IMG/VR virus record: IMGVR_UViG_3300012983_000031 | Span: 156,296 to 220,295 of that record | Direction: 5' to 3' (one strand) | Length of the DNA: 64,000 nt | Source of the DNA: a virus | Lineage: Duplodnaviria > Caudoviricetes | Part shown: piece after piece, positions 20,472 to 30,470 of the stretch | Layout of the letters: the number at the start of each line of letters is the position of its first letter | How positions within the stretch are numbered: position 1 is the stretch's first letter | Notes under the pieces: model-generated | The model's database searches: none | What the model was told of the DNA's origin: nothing | The model's input: only the letters and a program-made list of their open reading frames with translations | Position numbers and translations under genes: made by a program

Positions 20472-20927
20472 TTATTTTATCTTTACGAACTTTAACGTGT
20501 CGGAAACGTATTCACCATATTCATTCAGGTAATATGTCGATCCCTTTGGAATGATGCAATCGCAAATGAAATCATTCGCCATTGCCATCATCAGATAATG
20601 TTCCTTCATGTTATCATCAACTGTACAAAAACCATCACAATTACGAACTATCTTTTTGCATGAGTGAATACCGTAATTAATTTTATACTTTTTTTCGATC
20701 GGATTTTCAGGATAAATGTAATGGGGATAAATGTAATTGTCGTATGGATACTTGTAACTTTCCTCTGGAGTTTCAAGATAAGATGTGTTTGGCAAACTTT
20801 TCTTCCATTTATATGTACCGAAACATGGAGAAACCAAACCATAACTTGTACGGTGTAGAACCTTCTGCACCTTGATGTTCCTTTCAGCAACCTGTTTGAC
20901 AGGCTTGTTTTTTGTAACCCAACACAT
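20472..20927 (-). CDS. Hypothetical phage protein, MCW...IPKGS.YY family (paralog 1)
   Basis: Shares MCW, V.KVL, SP, GxHS, IC...IPKGS.YY.NE.GEYVS with 24988 and 25549. Confidence 0.8.
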   Translation of the reverse strand: MCWVTKNKPVKQVAERNIKVQKVLHRTSYGLVSPCFGTYKWKKSLPNTSYLETPEESYKYPYDNYIYPHYIYPENPIEKKYKINYGIHSCKKIVRNCDGFCTVDDNMKEHYLMMAMANDFICDCIIPKGSTYYLNEYGEYVSDTLKFVKIK

Positions 20928-21087
20928 AATATTATTTGATTTTAATTTGATGATGCAAAGTTAAAAATAATTTTTGAAGAATCCAAAAAATTTTTCTTAA
21001 AAAATATTAAAAAATTCTGGATTAAATTTTACAATTCGATCCAGAACCAAAAACGAAAATGTTTTTAACCTTGCCAAGTTGATATGA

Positions 21088-21630
21088 TTATTTATTTCCG
21101 AAAATGTTATACAGCCTAAATTTCTGGAACCAGAAACCTTTTGGAACCATGTTCTTTCCGTACTTGTTCTTTCCGTTTTCAAGAATGTGCCGTGAAACGA
21201 TTTCACCCTGAAACGAAAGTTTATGAATTTCAAATGTGTTCTTGTAATCATAATGGTAACTGTCAATCACAATCACACCATTATCAAGAACAATCTTGAA
21301 ATCATTTGATCCGTTTATACATTTCATCACGGCATTATACAATGAGTTGTTAAACTGATCACCCTCCATCCTTAAAGGATATATCGGCTTCTCATTCTCG
21401 CCTATGTATATCGAACCAGTAATGAGAACAGGATCGTTGTACGATTTTATGTTTTCAAGAAAATCCTTGATTATATACTTTCGTTCATCATATTTCCATG
21501 CTTTGAACGCAACACCGTTCTCCAAGTCTGGAGTTCGCTGTGAATCCATGCAGAACTTGACATAACTCTCATACGATAAGTTCAAGTTCTTTGTGTCGAT
21601 TAATGTTGTTAAACTGTTTAATTTTGGCAT
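21088..21630 (-). CDS. Hypothetical protein
   Basis: Minus-strand promoter (-7 at 21655-21662). Confidence 0.75.
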   Translation of the reverse strand: MPKLNSLTTLIDTKNLNLSYESYVKFCMDSQRTPDLENGVAFKAWKYDERKYIIKDFLENIKSYNDPVLITGSIYIGENEKPIYPLRMEGDQFNNSLYNAVMKCINGSNDFKIVLDNGVIVIDSYHYDYKNTFEIHKLSFQGEIVSRHILENGKNKYGKNMVPKGFWFQKFRLYNIFGNK

Positions 21631-21822
21631 ACTGTTATGTATTTTAATCTGATGCAAAGGTACGAATTATATTATAAACTGCCAAAAAATTTTAGTTAAA
21701 AAATGTGAAAAGTTTTGAAAAAAGATCTGGAAAAAATTCTGGAAAAAGTAATGTCATTGACATTACATCGCTGGCGAACTTCACCGATGACTCATATCCG
21801 AAACCTGACAAAATGTCATAAT

Positions 21823-21859
21823 AAAAAAAAGTTCGGCTACCTGTCACAGGCAACCGAAC
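21823..21859 (-). terminator. GTGA-loop family intrinsic terminator
   Basis: GTTCGGTTGCCTGTGACAGGTAGCCGAAC + T-tract; same hairpin at 48077-48112. Confidence 0.8.
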
Positions 21860-21908
21860 ACAATCACTATAACTTTATTATTATTATGAATACTTAAATA
21901 ACTTTAAT

Positions 21909-22661
21909 CTATTCCTCTATTTTTGGAACATCTTCTTCATCAATATACACATACGTTCCAAGTTCCTCGTCGTAACGGTAATCACATTCATACTCTGGAT
22001 GCGTTGAGAAATAAAGTTCATACGCACGCTTTGATTCACTATCTGGATATTCGCAATCCACAAGCACACCGCCCTCATACACGCCTGTACCAGTGTTGTA
22101 TGATGTATCTTCGTCAGCATAAACGAACTCCACACGAACGTCAGGGAACAACTCTGACAGTTTCTGTATAATCGGATCGGGGAAATTCCAAGCCGTTTCA
22201 AAATTCACCTCCGAAAGTTCGCCGTTTATGTCATACACGATGTTCGACTCTAAAGCGTTCCATTTCGTTCCCCAGTTATGGATTCTCCAACTGTACCAGT
22301 CTTTATGACCGAACTTCACGATGTTTTCCATGTACTTCTTTCCAAGTTCTATTGATGCCTTGAAAGATTCTGGATTATCTGCCTTCTGCTTTTCAATAGA
22401 CCTCATGAACTCAATTTCATCCTGATTCCAAGTGATCGGATGCTTTGCTTTCAAAAGAAGGTAACGCATACCAAAATCACCTTGAGTACCAGATGTGATG
22501 TTAAGTTCCTCTGGCATTGGAATAATCTTGTTGAAATCGAACACGCAGCCAACGATGTTGTTTTTGTCGTTGATCGTTTCTGTCTTGACTAATTCGTCAA
22601 GTTTCTTGATTTGCTCTTTGTCACCTGAAAACGAAAGGCGTACTCGGATATAATTTGGCAT
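21909..22661 (-). CDS. DUF1281/YubB (Api92-like) ferredoxin-like domain protein
   Basis: MPN, FDFNKIIPMPEEL, WYSWRI.NWGTKWNA, FETAW..P..I..KLSE.FP motifs. Confidence 0.75.
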   Translation of the reverse strand: MPNYIRVRLSFSGDKEQIKKLDELVKTETINDKNNIVGCVFDFNKIIPMPEELNITSGTQGDFGMRYLLLKAKHPITWNQDEIEFMRSIEKQKADNPESFKASIELGKKYMENIVKFGHKDWYSWRIHNWGTKWNALESNIVYDINGELSEVNFETAWNFPDPIIQKLSELFPDVRVEFVYADEDTSYNTGTGVYEGGVLVDCEYPDSESKRAYELYFSTHPEYECDYRYDEELGTYVYIDEEDVPKIEE

Positions 22662-22763
22662 AATTCTTTTTTTGATTTTGTTGGTTAATACTATTGTTTT
22701 TTAATTACGATGCAAAGTTACGAATAATATTTGAACTGGCAAAATTATTTTAGTTAAACGATG

Positions 22764-23258
22764 TTAACAAGGTGAAAAAATACGATCATGGACAAACTTG
22801 AACTCATATTTCGCCAAACTATCCCTGTAATCTTTCATCATGGCAATGTATTTGGATATTGGGCAAATGCTTCTGTGATCTGGCGTTCGCTTCTCATTAA
22901 AATAGAAGAACCAGATATGACCTAACCAGTCATTCGTGAAGAAATAATGACCGTCAAGCCTTTCCTTAATCACATCATACCCTGACATCAAATCAGCATT
23001 ATGAGAAAAAGAAAATGACATATCACACAAACGATTCTTTTCGTGATCGAAAACGATGTTCAAAATGTGATCGTTGTCGCAATAAATCTGATTAAAGATA
23101 CGAAGCATTTCTTCATCAAGAACACCAAAAGGTGCCTCATGAAATTCGTACTCGCTGCATCTGTGCGATATGTAACCCTCGGCGATAGAATGAGGAACGC
23201 CATCAAAACGAAACGATTTCCTAAGTTCTTCGTTCGTGCCTTCTGTGAAAATAGCCAT
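22764..23258 (-). CDS. Hypothetical protein
   Basis: Co-oriented cassette ORF. Confidence 0.7.
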   Translation of the reverse strand: MAIFTEGTNEELRKSFRFDGVPHSIAEGYISHRCSEYEFHEAPFGVLDEEMLRIFNQIYCDNDHILNIVFDHEKNRLCDMSFSFSHNADLMSGYDVIKERLDGHYFFTNDWLGHIWFFYFNEKRTPDHRSICPISKYIAMMKDYRDSLAKYEFKFVHDRIFSPC

Positions 23259-23262
23259 AATA

Positions 23263-23718
23263 TTATTTCTTTTTGTCAAACATTCTTTTTGCAATCCTGT
23301 TCATTTCAGCATAAGTCATTGAAGGTTTACCTTCCATCCTGAAATGCTCACCCTTGCCGTAATGTGGCGGAATGAGTTCGATGTGTTTAGCCTCCAATTC
23401 AAGCATCCTGCTTAAGCACCAGAGAATGACACCCATATCGAACGAAACATTATACAGGCATACATAATGATCATGCACCTCCGAATAAAAGGATGAAAGG
23501 GGCTTCTTGGCGTACCATGTGTTCTTAATTTCATCCTTAAGTTCGTCGTTTATCATATCGACAACTTTCAACATCATGTTCGCAATCTCATGTTCGCTGC
23601 CAGAAACCCAGCCGTAAACCTGACCGAAAAGATAACCGAGATCGCTAACTACATCCGTTCGCTTGTACCATCCCTTTGCATACAGGATGATGTCATTGTA
23701 TGGAAAATTCTTTATCAT
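23263..23718 (-). CDS. Hypothetical protein
   Basis: Promoter -7 at 23764-23771 and leader. Confidence 0.75.
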   Translation of the reverse strand: MIKNFPYNDIILYAKGWYKRTDVVSDLGYLFGQVYGWVSGSEHEIANMMLKVVDMINDELKDEIKNTWYAKKPLSSFYSEVHDHYVCLYNVSFDMGVILWCLSRMLELEAKHIELIPPHYGKGEHFRMEGKPSMTYAEMNRIAKRMFDKKK

Positions 23719-23821
23719 AACTGTTTTTGTTTTTGTTGGTTTGTACTTTATTTAATTGTTATGCAAAGTTACGAACTCCATCCGTAACAACCAAATAATT
23801 TTAGTTAAATGATGTTAATCG

Positions 23822-23907
23822 GATCAAAAAAGTTCGACCATGTCATCACGACAGAGCCGAACCAAAATAACAATCTTCAATTAATCATTAAAAATGGTCT
23901 ATACATG
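23822..23907 (-). ncRNA. Candidate small RNA (gene-less promoter-terminator unit)
   Basis: -7 element 23910-23917, ~45-nt U-rich body, GTGA-loop terminator 23826-23862; at most a 9-codon ORF. Confidence 0.6.
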
Positions 23908-24152
23908 TGCAAAGGTACGAACTTATTTTGAATCCGCCAAATAAATCAGGTTAAAATACGTTAAAGGAATATCATTTTCGTTACACTACGAAAATGGTCT
24001 GCGGGACAAAGTAATGTCATTGACATTACCGAACTCCTGCGGAAGGCGCACCATGTTGTCTGGAGTTCCTTATCGCACATAAAAAAGTTCGGCTACCTTC
24101 ACAGGCAACCGAACACAATTATTTAATTTCAAATAATAATGTACACAAATTC

Positions 24153-24551
24153 TTAAAAATTATTATGTAGATAATAAAGCCAATTCTGAATCTTTACAAA
24201 TGGAGTTTCCCTTATCTCGATGAATCTTATTTTCCACTTGTACGCCGTCTTTATGTCGTTAGCGTAAAGATACTTTTCCAGAGAATGAACGTTCGATCCT
24301 CCCTTGCCTATCCACAATCCAGGCTTGTGCGTATAGATGTAAACCAAGTTATCAATCACGATTACATCATTGACAGGATAATTTACGTTGTTGTGATACA
24401 TCCAAACAGAAATGTTCTCACAAACATGATCAACAATTTCCATATCCATCACCAAATCAGAAAGGAATCGGAGTAGCCAGAAATTTTTTTTATAACTACC
24501 AAGATGTTTTTTCAGGTAGTTCTTTATGTATTTCTTCACGAATTTGTTCAT
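24153..24551 (-). CDS. KH-domain protein resembling the ribosomal protein uS3 KH motif (paralog 1)
   Basis: IYTHKPGLWIGKGGSNVHSLEKYL = GxxG loop as in uS3 RPGIVIGKKG. Confidence 0.65.
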   Translation of the reverse strand: MNKFVKKYIKNYLKKHLGSYKKNFWLLRFLSDLVMDMEIVDHVCENISVWMYHNNVNYPVNDVIVIDNLVYIYTHKPGLWIGKGGSNVHSLEKYLYANDIKTAYKWKIRFIEIRETPFVKIQNWLYYLHNNF

Positions 24552-24898
24552 TGCTTCTTTGTGTTAATTGTGTTAAACACTTTGGTAACAATCATTTCCT
24601 CGATGATCAAATCGTGGTTGATGTCATCCCAATAGATGTCACGCTTCTGATTGTCTTCATCCACACTTTCCAGATAGAAACTTTTCTTGTCGTTCGTCAG
24701 GCGAATTGCAAGAGTCGTGAATGTTCCTTCAAGTTCAAGATAATCAAATCTGAACTCATCCTGTTCGTCTTCGTCAAGTTCGATGTCGCCAGTTTCCAGC
24801 AACCCGTCAACGATTGTGTGGAAGCACATGTCGTGAAAATAATAAACAATATCCAATCCGTTCTTGAAATGATTCAAATCCTTAAATACAGTATCCAT
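24548..24898 (-). CDS. Hypothetical protein
   Basis: Consensus promoter (-7 at 24947-24954); paralog of 12174-12511. Confidence 0.75.
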   Translation of the reverse strand: MDTVFKDLNHFKNGLDIVYYFHDMCFHTIVDGLLETGDIELDEDEQDEFRFDYLELEGTFTTLAIRLTNDKKSFYLESVDEDNQKRDIYWDDINHDLIIEEMIVTKVFNTINTKKQ

Positions 24899-24987
24899 AC
24901 TGCTTTTTGTTTTTGTTGGTTAATACTATTTTTTATTTTGATGATGCAAAGTTACGAACTTATTCTGACATCACCAAATTATTTTAG

Positions 24988-25542
24988 TTAAATGATGTTA
25001 ACCTTCATCTTTTTCTTGTACCATTTAAGCCAGTAGTTAATCGTATCATCAAACAAACTGTATGGTAATGTCGCTTTTTTCACCAACGAACGCCCGTAGT
25101 TGTTCTCTGGATCGTTGACTCCCAAGAACACAATCCTGTCAGAAACATATTCGCCGCATTCATTCATGTAATATGTCGATCCCTTCGGTATGACGAAATC
25201 ACAAATGAAATCATTATTTTCACATGAAAACATCATCACTTCATGCTCGCCATTCTTCGTGCTGCTCACGAACTTTGTATCTGTGCCGTAAGTTTTGCAA
25301 ACCTTTCTTTCAATATGTGCTGCGCTGTGAAAGCCGCCATCTATGCCTAACTTAATGTCGCTACGATCTACATATCGGATGTTTTCAGTTCGCACCTCAC
25401 CGACATACCAATTAAATGTTGAATATACAGGTGATGTTAAAAACTTTGAAAATTTGTTCAAAGTTAACACTTTCTTCACCATGATATTCTTCTTCGCAAA
25501 ATGCGGAACTGTATGTTTTGTCTTGTTTGTTATCCAGCACAT
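24988..25542 (-). CDS. MCW...IPKGS.YY family (paralog 2)
   Basis: Motifs shared with 20472 and 25549. Confidence 0.8.
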   Translation of the reverse strand: MCWITNKTKHTVPHFAKKNIMVKKVLTLNKFSKFLTSPVYSTFNWYVGEVRTENIRYVDRSDIKLGIDGGFHSAAHIERKVCKTYGTDTKFVSSTKNGEHEVMMFSCENNDFICDFVIPKGSTYYMNECGEYVSDRIVFLGVNDPENNYGRSLVKKATLPYSLFDDTINYWLKWYKKKMKVNII

Positions 25543-25548
25543 AATAAT

Positions 25549-26037
25549 TTATTTTTTGTGTAACACATTCTTCAAAATATGATCAATAAGATAATCATCA
25601 GCATAACGAATATCCACATGAACATCAGTGAACGTAATCTGGTTGGAAACGTAGCCGCCATATTCGTTAATGTAATATTCCGATCCCTTCGGTATAACGA
25701 ACGAACAAATAACATCCGAATACATTTTTCTGAACAAATAATCTTTGTTTCCTTTTTTGTTTACCTGATAAAAAGAATATATTCCTTGATCGGATAGGTG
25801 AACCTGAATTTCATGTGCACTATGGAATCCCTTATCAATGCAGTAGTTTCCATTTTCACTGTATATGCCACCTATTTTTGTTTTCTTCGTTTCACCTATT
25901 TTCCATCTGCAATCTACAACTGGTGATGAAAACGAATGACTTTTTATGTTATATTGAAGAACCTTCTTTACAGATATGTCTTCATCAGCGACATGCTTAA
26001 TGGGTATGCCGTTTAGTTTGTCAGTAGCCCAACACAT
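25549..26037 (-). CDS. MCW...IPKGS.YY family (paralog 3)
   Basis: Motifs shared with 20472 and 24988. Confidence 0.8.
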   Translation of the reverse strand: MCWATDKLNGIPIKHVADEDISVKKVLQYNIKSHSFSSPVVDCRWKIGETKKTKIGGIYSENGNYCIDKGFHSAHEIQVHLSDQGIYSFYQVNKKGNKDYLFRKMYSDVICSFVIPKGSEYYINEYGGYVSNQITFTDVHVDIRYADDYLIDHILKNVLHKK

Positions 26038-26055
26038 ACTAATCTTTTTTAACTG

Positions 26056-26247
26056 TTAAACATTACGAATCTTTGTCAGTACAGGCGTGAAAGTTGACTC
26101 CTCGATAACGTAATCGGAGGAACCATGCAAAGAATTTTTGTAATCAACGCATTCCTGCTTCTCTGGTGTCCAGTAAGTTACTGGCGAATATTCCCGTGGG
26201 GTAGAGAAGACCACACGGAAAATCGGTGTCATTGCTATTGGCATCAT
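26056..26247 (-). CDS. Hypothetical protein
   Basis: Co-oriented ORF; start reassigned. Confidence 0.6.
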   Translation of the reverse strand: MMPIAMTPIFRVVFSTPREYSPVTYWTPEKQECVDYKNSLHGSSDYVIEESTFTPVLTKIRNV

Positions 26248-26261
26248 AATACTATATGTTT

Positions 26262-26414
26262 TTAACTTTGATAATCCTCGCTCAAAGGTTCTGAATAAAC
26301 CCAAATCTTATCCACGATGTAACGCCTCGTGTTCTTGTGAAACACTTTCTTACCGAATATGTCAGTGAAATCATACACGGCGAACTTCGGCAGTTTAGAT
26401 ATTCTTCTTCTCAT
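26262..26414 (-). CDS. Small basic protein (50 aa)
   Basis: MRRRISKLPKF...; first gene after promoter (-7 at 26458-26465); below ORF-track cutoff. Confidence 0.6.
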   Translation of the reverse strand: MRRRISKLPKFAVYDFTDIFGKKVFHKNTRRYIVDKIWVYSEPLSEDYQS

Positions 26415-26515
26415 AAATGTTTTTTGTTGGTTAATATTATTTTTTATTTTGATGATACAAAGTTACGGACTTATTTTGAATCCACCAAATTATTTTAGTT
26501 AAATGATGTTAACAC

Positions 26516-26596
26516 AATAAAAATAGGATCGAACCTGTTTCACAACAGACTCGACCCGTCAAAAAATCTAATAATTTAATACCATGAAAAACACGT
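26516..26596 (-). ncRNA. Candidate small RNA (gene-less promoter-terminator unit)
   Basis: -7 element 26599-26606, body UUUUCAUGGUAUUAAAUUAUUAGAUUUUUUG, GTGA-loop terminator 26525-26557. Confidence 0.6.
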
Positions 26597-26870
26597 TGCA
26601 AAGTTACAATTTTTCCATGAAATAAAAAATAGGAAAATCCCTATTTCTTTTTCCAAAATAAAATTCAGTAAATTTTACAAAAATAAATTTACAAAAATTC
26701 ACAAAAACGAACTACAACCGCTGGCGTTCGTCATCAGTAATGTCAATGACATTACCAAACACCGCACCCGCGCTTTCACATTCGTTAACATATTCAATCA
26801 GGCACATAAAAAGGGATCGACCCCAAACAGGATCGACCCCCAGACCATGAGCGAAATATATCACACTTTA

Positions 26871-27533
26871 TCAATCTTCATATTCAATGTTCCAGCAGCA
26901 ACGTTTGTAACCTTCAAGACCCTCTACTGATTCCGCAACGGAAATGTTATCGAAAGCCCATTTGCCGACATACTTTGCGTTTGGCTTCGTCTTGAGTTTG
27001 CCATCTATTGTTACATCTGTACAATAATCACCGCCTCCCCTTCCGTTACCGAACGAACACAAGATGGGTAGTGGGTGAATGATCCACTTGTCAGGATCTT
27101 CATCAGGAAACTCAACATACTGCTTCTTTGTGTGGTTGATTGCATACTTGTATTTGAAATCCTGAAAATCACTTACACGATCACAGAGTTCATTATATTC
27201 TGGTGTCTTGCTGTCATCAGAATTTCCGTAAATGAAAACATCTGCCTCGTCGTACACATCAACGCCGCTGTCATCCTTCTTCGTAAGACGATGATGTGCA
27301 GTGCCGATCCGATCAGCGTAATCTCCGCACCAAACGAAGGGAACGCCAGTCTTTTCCGTATCATACAAATCAATCATTCTCAATGCAGCCATGACATAAT
27401 AATTGCCGACATAAGAGTGCTCCATCATCTTCGCCATGTTGCCGAAATCGTAAGGCGAAATGGTAGCCATGATGATGCTTTCTTCATCCTTGTAGTTCGG
27501 CTTAAGGATCACCGCCCTGTAATATTGTCCCAT
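26871..27533 (-). CDS. Conserved hypothetical phage protein
   Basis: MGQYY...KMMEHSY.GN...WCGDYAD...HPLPIL..GNGRGGGDY...G.WA.D. Confidence 0.8.
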   Translation of the reverse strand: MGQYYRAVILKPNYKDEESIIMATISPYDFGNMAKMMEHSYVGNYYVMAALRMIDLYDTEKTGVPFVWCGDYADRIGTAHHRLTKKDDSGVDVYDEADVFIYGNSDDSKTPEYNELCDRVSDFQDFKYKYAINHTKKQYVEFPDEDPDKWIIHPLPILCSFGNGRGGGDYCTDVTIDGKLKTKPNAKYVGKWAFDNISVAESVEGLEGYKRCCWNIEYED

Positions 27534-27567
27534 AATTGCTTTTGTTTTTGTTGGTTGATACCTGTTT

Positions 27568-27798
27568 TTATTTCTCGAATGTTATGCGAACGTTGGAAAT
27601 TTTCCTTTCCTTAAAATCAATCTCGAAATCGAGGTTTTCCTTAATCCAGTCATCAGGTCGCAATGAATCAAGCGTACCTTCATCTGGCAACTGATATGCA
27701 CCAATGAGTTCATCACCGTACCACATCTTAATTGTTCCTGTGGCATTCTTTTGAGCAAGTTTGTTCACCTGCGAAATGATTAATTCTTTTTTTGTCAT
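27568..27798 (-). CDS. Hypothetical protein
   Basis: Cassette ORF. Confidence 0.7.
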   Translation of the reverse strand: MTKKELIISQVNKLAQKNATGTIKMWYGDELIGAYQLPDEGTLDSLRPDDWIKENLDFEIDFKERKISNVRITFEK

Positions 27799-28142
27799 AA
27801 TCTATTACATTTTGAAAATCGTTTGAAAAATCGCCAATTCCATGCGGTACGATTATAATGTTTTTATTTATTGCTGCAAAGTTACGTACTTATTTTGACA
27901 TGACCAAATTATTTTTGTTAAACAATGTTAATACGAACTTCATACAACACTATTTAACATCCGTTAACGATAAGACGACTTATGGAGTTCGCCTCCTTGG
28001 TGGCAAGTAATGTCAATGACATTACCGAACTGCCTTCAACGGGCGACTGCCGTGAACATGCAAAAAAAATGCCAGACTACCCTCACGGGCAATCTGGCTC
28101 TCGTAAAATTCGATTCGATTATAAAAAAACTTAAAAAAATAA

Positions 28143-28625
28143 TTAATGTATTTCCTTTTCGGCATAAGTTACACAGGCATAAGCACCGCCATCACACGAA
28201 CGTATTTCAGAAATGCCTTCTTCATCCAAAAGTTCGTGTTCGTACTTGTCGCCGTTTTTAACGAACGTGTCTATGATGGAGTGGATCGCATCATTCTTTG
28301 CCTCTATCACCTTTTCCCTGCTACCGTAAACAGTCGCTTTCGCAGTAGGTGGGAATCCAGCGTAACTTTCAAGAACGTTGAGAACCCATACCTTGCTTTT
28401 ATCCGAATCAGGTATAGAAAGCAAACCTTCATCAATGGCATCAGTTATCATGTCCGATATGTCGGAAAGATGTTCGTCGATGCTGTCATCATCAATATAC
28501 TGGGCGTTCGGGCAATCACCCAAGAACTGATCAAACGAATCATAAACATAATAACCGCCTTGTTCGCTGCCGTTAAAGTGAGGATTGATCTTCACATCAC
28601 CGTAAATAGTGTTAATTGTCTTCAT
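28143..28625 (-). CDS. Hypothetical protein
   Basis: Cassette ORF overlapping upstream stop. Confidence 0.75.
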   Translation of the reverse strand: MKTINTIYGDVKINPHFNGSEQGGYYVYDSFDQFLGDCPNAQYIDDDSIDEHLSDISDMITDAIDEGLLSIPDSDKSKVWVLNVLESYAGFPPTAKATVYGSREKVIEAKNDAIHSIIDTFVKNGDKYEHELLDEEGISEIRSCDGGAYACVTYAEKEIH

Positions 28626-28990
28626 GCCTGTTTGTTTTTAATTGTTTCGTATAATGCGTTAAGAATCTCCAAAAGCGAATCAACAGAAAGAGAATCTATA
28701 AGTAGTTCTTCAATACACTTTGGTCGCAAAAATATACATGTACTGTCAGGATCGATCCCGTCTTCAAAAACAGGACTCCATACATGCAGACCAGTTACGG
28801 GAACAATCTTGCCGTTTATAATCGTTGCAACTGGCGTTCGCAAATTCACATCATACTCCATAACGTCTGAACAGTCGCCAGAATCAATTTCATTCAGGCA
28901 GATGTGAGTTATCATGTTCACCGTTTCTTTCCTCAAATCCTTGTATGAGTTAAGTATGTCACCCATCATCAGTTTAGTTTTCTCCTTCAT
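28622..28990 (-). CDS. Hypothetical protein
   Basis: Promoter -7 at ~29038. Confidence 0.75.
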   Translation of the reverse strand: MKEKTKLMMGDILNSYKDLRKETVNMITHICLNEIDSGDCSDVMEYDVNLRTPVATIINGKIVPVTGLHVWSPVFEDGIDPDSTCIFLRPKCIEELLIDSLSVDSLLEILNALYETIKNKQA

Positions 28991-29092
28991 TGTCTTTTGT
29001 TTTTGGCGGTTGATACTATTGTTTTTTAATCACGGTGCAAAGTTAAGAATAATATTTGACATAACCAAATTATTTTAGTTAAATGATGTTAA

Positions 29093-29440
29093 TCAAACCT
29101 TAACCTGACCGCCCTGCATATCCTTTACAACAATATTGAACCTGTCCATGTTCACATCCGTTCCAGTCTGCTCCCAATAGAAATGGCGAACGCCAAACAG
29201 AACCCTTTTCTTGAAATTGCAAACAAGGATCGCCAGATTATTCACATTACCGTAATCCGCCGAACTACCGAACATGATGATTTCCTTGTTAGGCAAATCA
29301 ACGCTGAACATGCCGCCGCCAAGAACATTTCGTTCCTCTTCGTCATTAACCAGATCCTTGTGGCGTTCCACCTTTCCGAACCTGAAATCAGGAGTGAAAC
29401 ATGAATCGTACAATACTACAAACTTATTGCGTTTTTCCAT
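29093..29440 (-). CDS. Hypothetical protein
   Basis: GGG.F...FGSSADYG motif. Confidence 0.7.
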   Translation of the reverse strand: MEKRNKFVVLYDSCFTPDFRFGKVERHKDLVNDEEERNVLGGGMFSVDLPNKEIIMFGSSADYGNVNNLAILVCNFKKRVLFGVRHFYWEQTGTDVNMDRFNIVVKDMQGGQVKV

Positions 29441-29646
29441 TATAAAATCACTTTTTTATGATTTACTAAATCCTCGATCCATCCTTCTTCGATTTCACCA
29501 AGCAAGGACAGATACCCCCTTGCCTCCGAAAGTGTCTTGAAATCCATGTACACCTTGTGACGGGCACGACCATCAAGATACTTCTCGCTGTGGAAATCTA
29601 TGTAATGAAGCCTGTATCTCATTTTGTCAATAATCTTATGTAACAT
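29440..29646 (-). CDS. Hypothetical protein
   Basis: Translationally coupled ORF. Confidence 0.6.
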   Translation of the reverse strand: MLHKIIDKMRYRLHYIDFHSEKYLDGRARHKVYMDFKTLSEARGYLSLLGEIEEGWIEDLVNHKKVIL

Positions 29647-29996
29647 CCGCTGAAAGCGGTTCCGTCATCGTTGTGTAATCTCTCTAAAACGTGAAAAGGA
29701 TAAAGGGATGCACGACCTTCACTTTGTCTTACAGCCTTGATAACCTGTTCTTTCGTCATTTTCATTACATCACTCTTTTTAAAGTAATCACGGTTAAACA
29801 CGGCAACCTTGTTATCACCGCTGACATCATCGTTCGGATTGTTGTCACCGAACTCGAAAGATTCAACGAGCCATCCGTAATTATCTGAAAGATAATCGGC
29901 TACCTCAAATTCATCCAGTGTGTCGGGAACTTCAACTTCAGTTGGAAGATCGACCTGTTCACCGTCTGTTTCCCATTTAATGTTTGAAATCCTCAT
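29619..29996 (-). CDS. Hypothetical protein sharing an N-terminal module with 40760-41149
   Basis: I.W...DLPTEVEV.D.L...ADYL...YGW.V.SF. Confidence 0.75.
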   Translation of the reverse strand: MRISNIKWETDGEQVDLPTEVEVPDTLDEFEVADYLSDNYGWLVESFEFGDNNPNDDVSGDNKVAVFNRDYFKKSDVMKMTKEQVIKAVRQSEGRASLYPFHVLERLHNDDGTAFSGCYIRLLTK

Positions 29997-30146
29997 AATG
30001 ATAATGTTTTTTGTTGGTTAATACTATTGTTTATTTGTTTGATGGTGCAAAGTTACGAACTTATTCTGACATCACCAAATTATTTTAGTTAAAGAATGTG
30101 AATTGGATCAAAAAAGTTTTCAGGAAAAAAATCTGAAAAACATTTC

Positions 30147-30186
30147 CAGAAAAAATTCAAGAAAAAATTCAAGAAAAAATTCAAGG
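30147..30186 (+). repeat. 12-bp A-tract tandem repeat
   Basis: (AGAAAAAATTCA) x3. Confidence 0.75.
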
Positions 30187-30470
30187 CAATTTCTGGAGTT
30201 CGATCAAAATAATATGTTAAACTTTATTAAAATTAATTTTTTGCCGCCAAATTCGCTCTCTGCTGCGTTTTATTTGTTGAGGCTGTAAGTTGCACAGGTG
30301 TCGATTAAAAAACGCACCAGCGGCGAATTTCAAGTAATGTCATTGACATTACCAGAGTTGTCCTCCTGGTGTTAACATTCGTTAACATATTCCATCAGCG
30401 CATGAAGAAAGGGATCGAACCAAATCGATCCCCCTCGCACATAAACACAAAAATGAATAAAAGAATTTCC

